A stretch of DNA of 63,698 bases, the filler included, from Phoronis australis (taxonomy: Eukaryota; Animalia; Phoronida): NCBI GenBank assembly GCA_002633005.1. It is 8 parts of 8 records of this genome, joined end to end, with 100 filler letters (N's around TTAATTAATTAA, not from the genome) between each part and the next. Parts side by side here need not be neighbours in the genome. Positions count along the whole stretch, not along the records: positions 62,034 to 63,698 come from NMRA01001349.1; 7 more parts are not named here. The stretch is one strand, 5' to 3'. Shown here in pieces: positions 63,684-63,698 of the stretch (within the stretch, counting starts at the first letter, position 1; the number at the start of each line of letters is the position of its first letter). Under the pieces are notes generated by a model. That model did no database searches. It was not told where the DNA came from and saw only the letters and a list, made by a program, of their open reading frames with translations. The translations under genes and the position numbers were made by a program.

Positions 63684-63698
63684 ACACACACACACACA
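63684..63698. repeat. (CA)n microsatellite at the window edge
   Basis: CA run. Confidence 0.85.

Overview
Repeat-rich, intron-containing eukaryotic DNA, most likely from a bilaterian invertebrate (inferred from gene content and GT-AG introns). It is a draft scaffold: seven 100-nt spacers (N44-TTAATTAATTAA-N44) join the contigs, so adjacency across them is unproven. Genes rebuilt by hand from splice sites and reading phase: (1) a minus-strand ~1040-aa RING + SAFB-like RRM + aromatic/Pro-rich low-complexity protein (8928-15266); (2) a 99-aa two-exon single-pass membrane microprotein (24505-25753); (3) a lone CaMKII hub-domain exon (33640-33715); (4) two tandem Gemin7 copies with a 28-bp VNTR; (5) the 5' part of a CUB/C-type lectin/LDLa receptor resembling GRL101-type LGRs, with a 3.45-kb exon (42359-49213, cut by a gap); (6) NDUFA5 exons 2-5 (52159-55529); (7) the 3' part of a protein ending in a dynein microtubule-binding-domain-like module (57043-59265). 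Mobile DNA includes Penelope-like relics, several Kolobok-like relics, many MITEs, a repeat carrying CTCF-like motifs, and a miniature LTR element whose LTR holds a tRNA-like Pol III promoter. All homology calls come from motif recognition; no searches were run.
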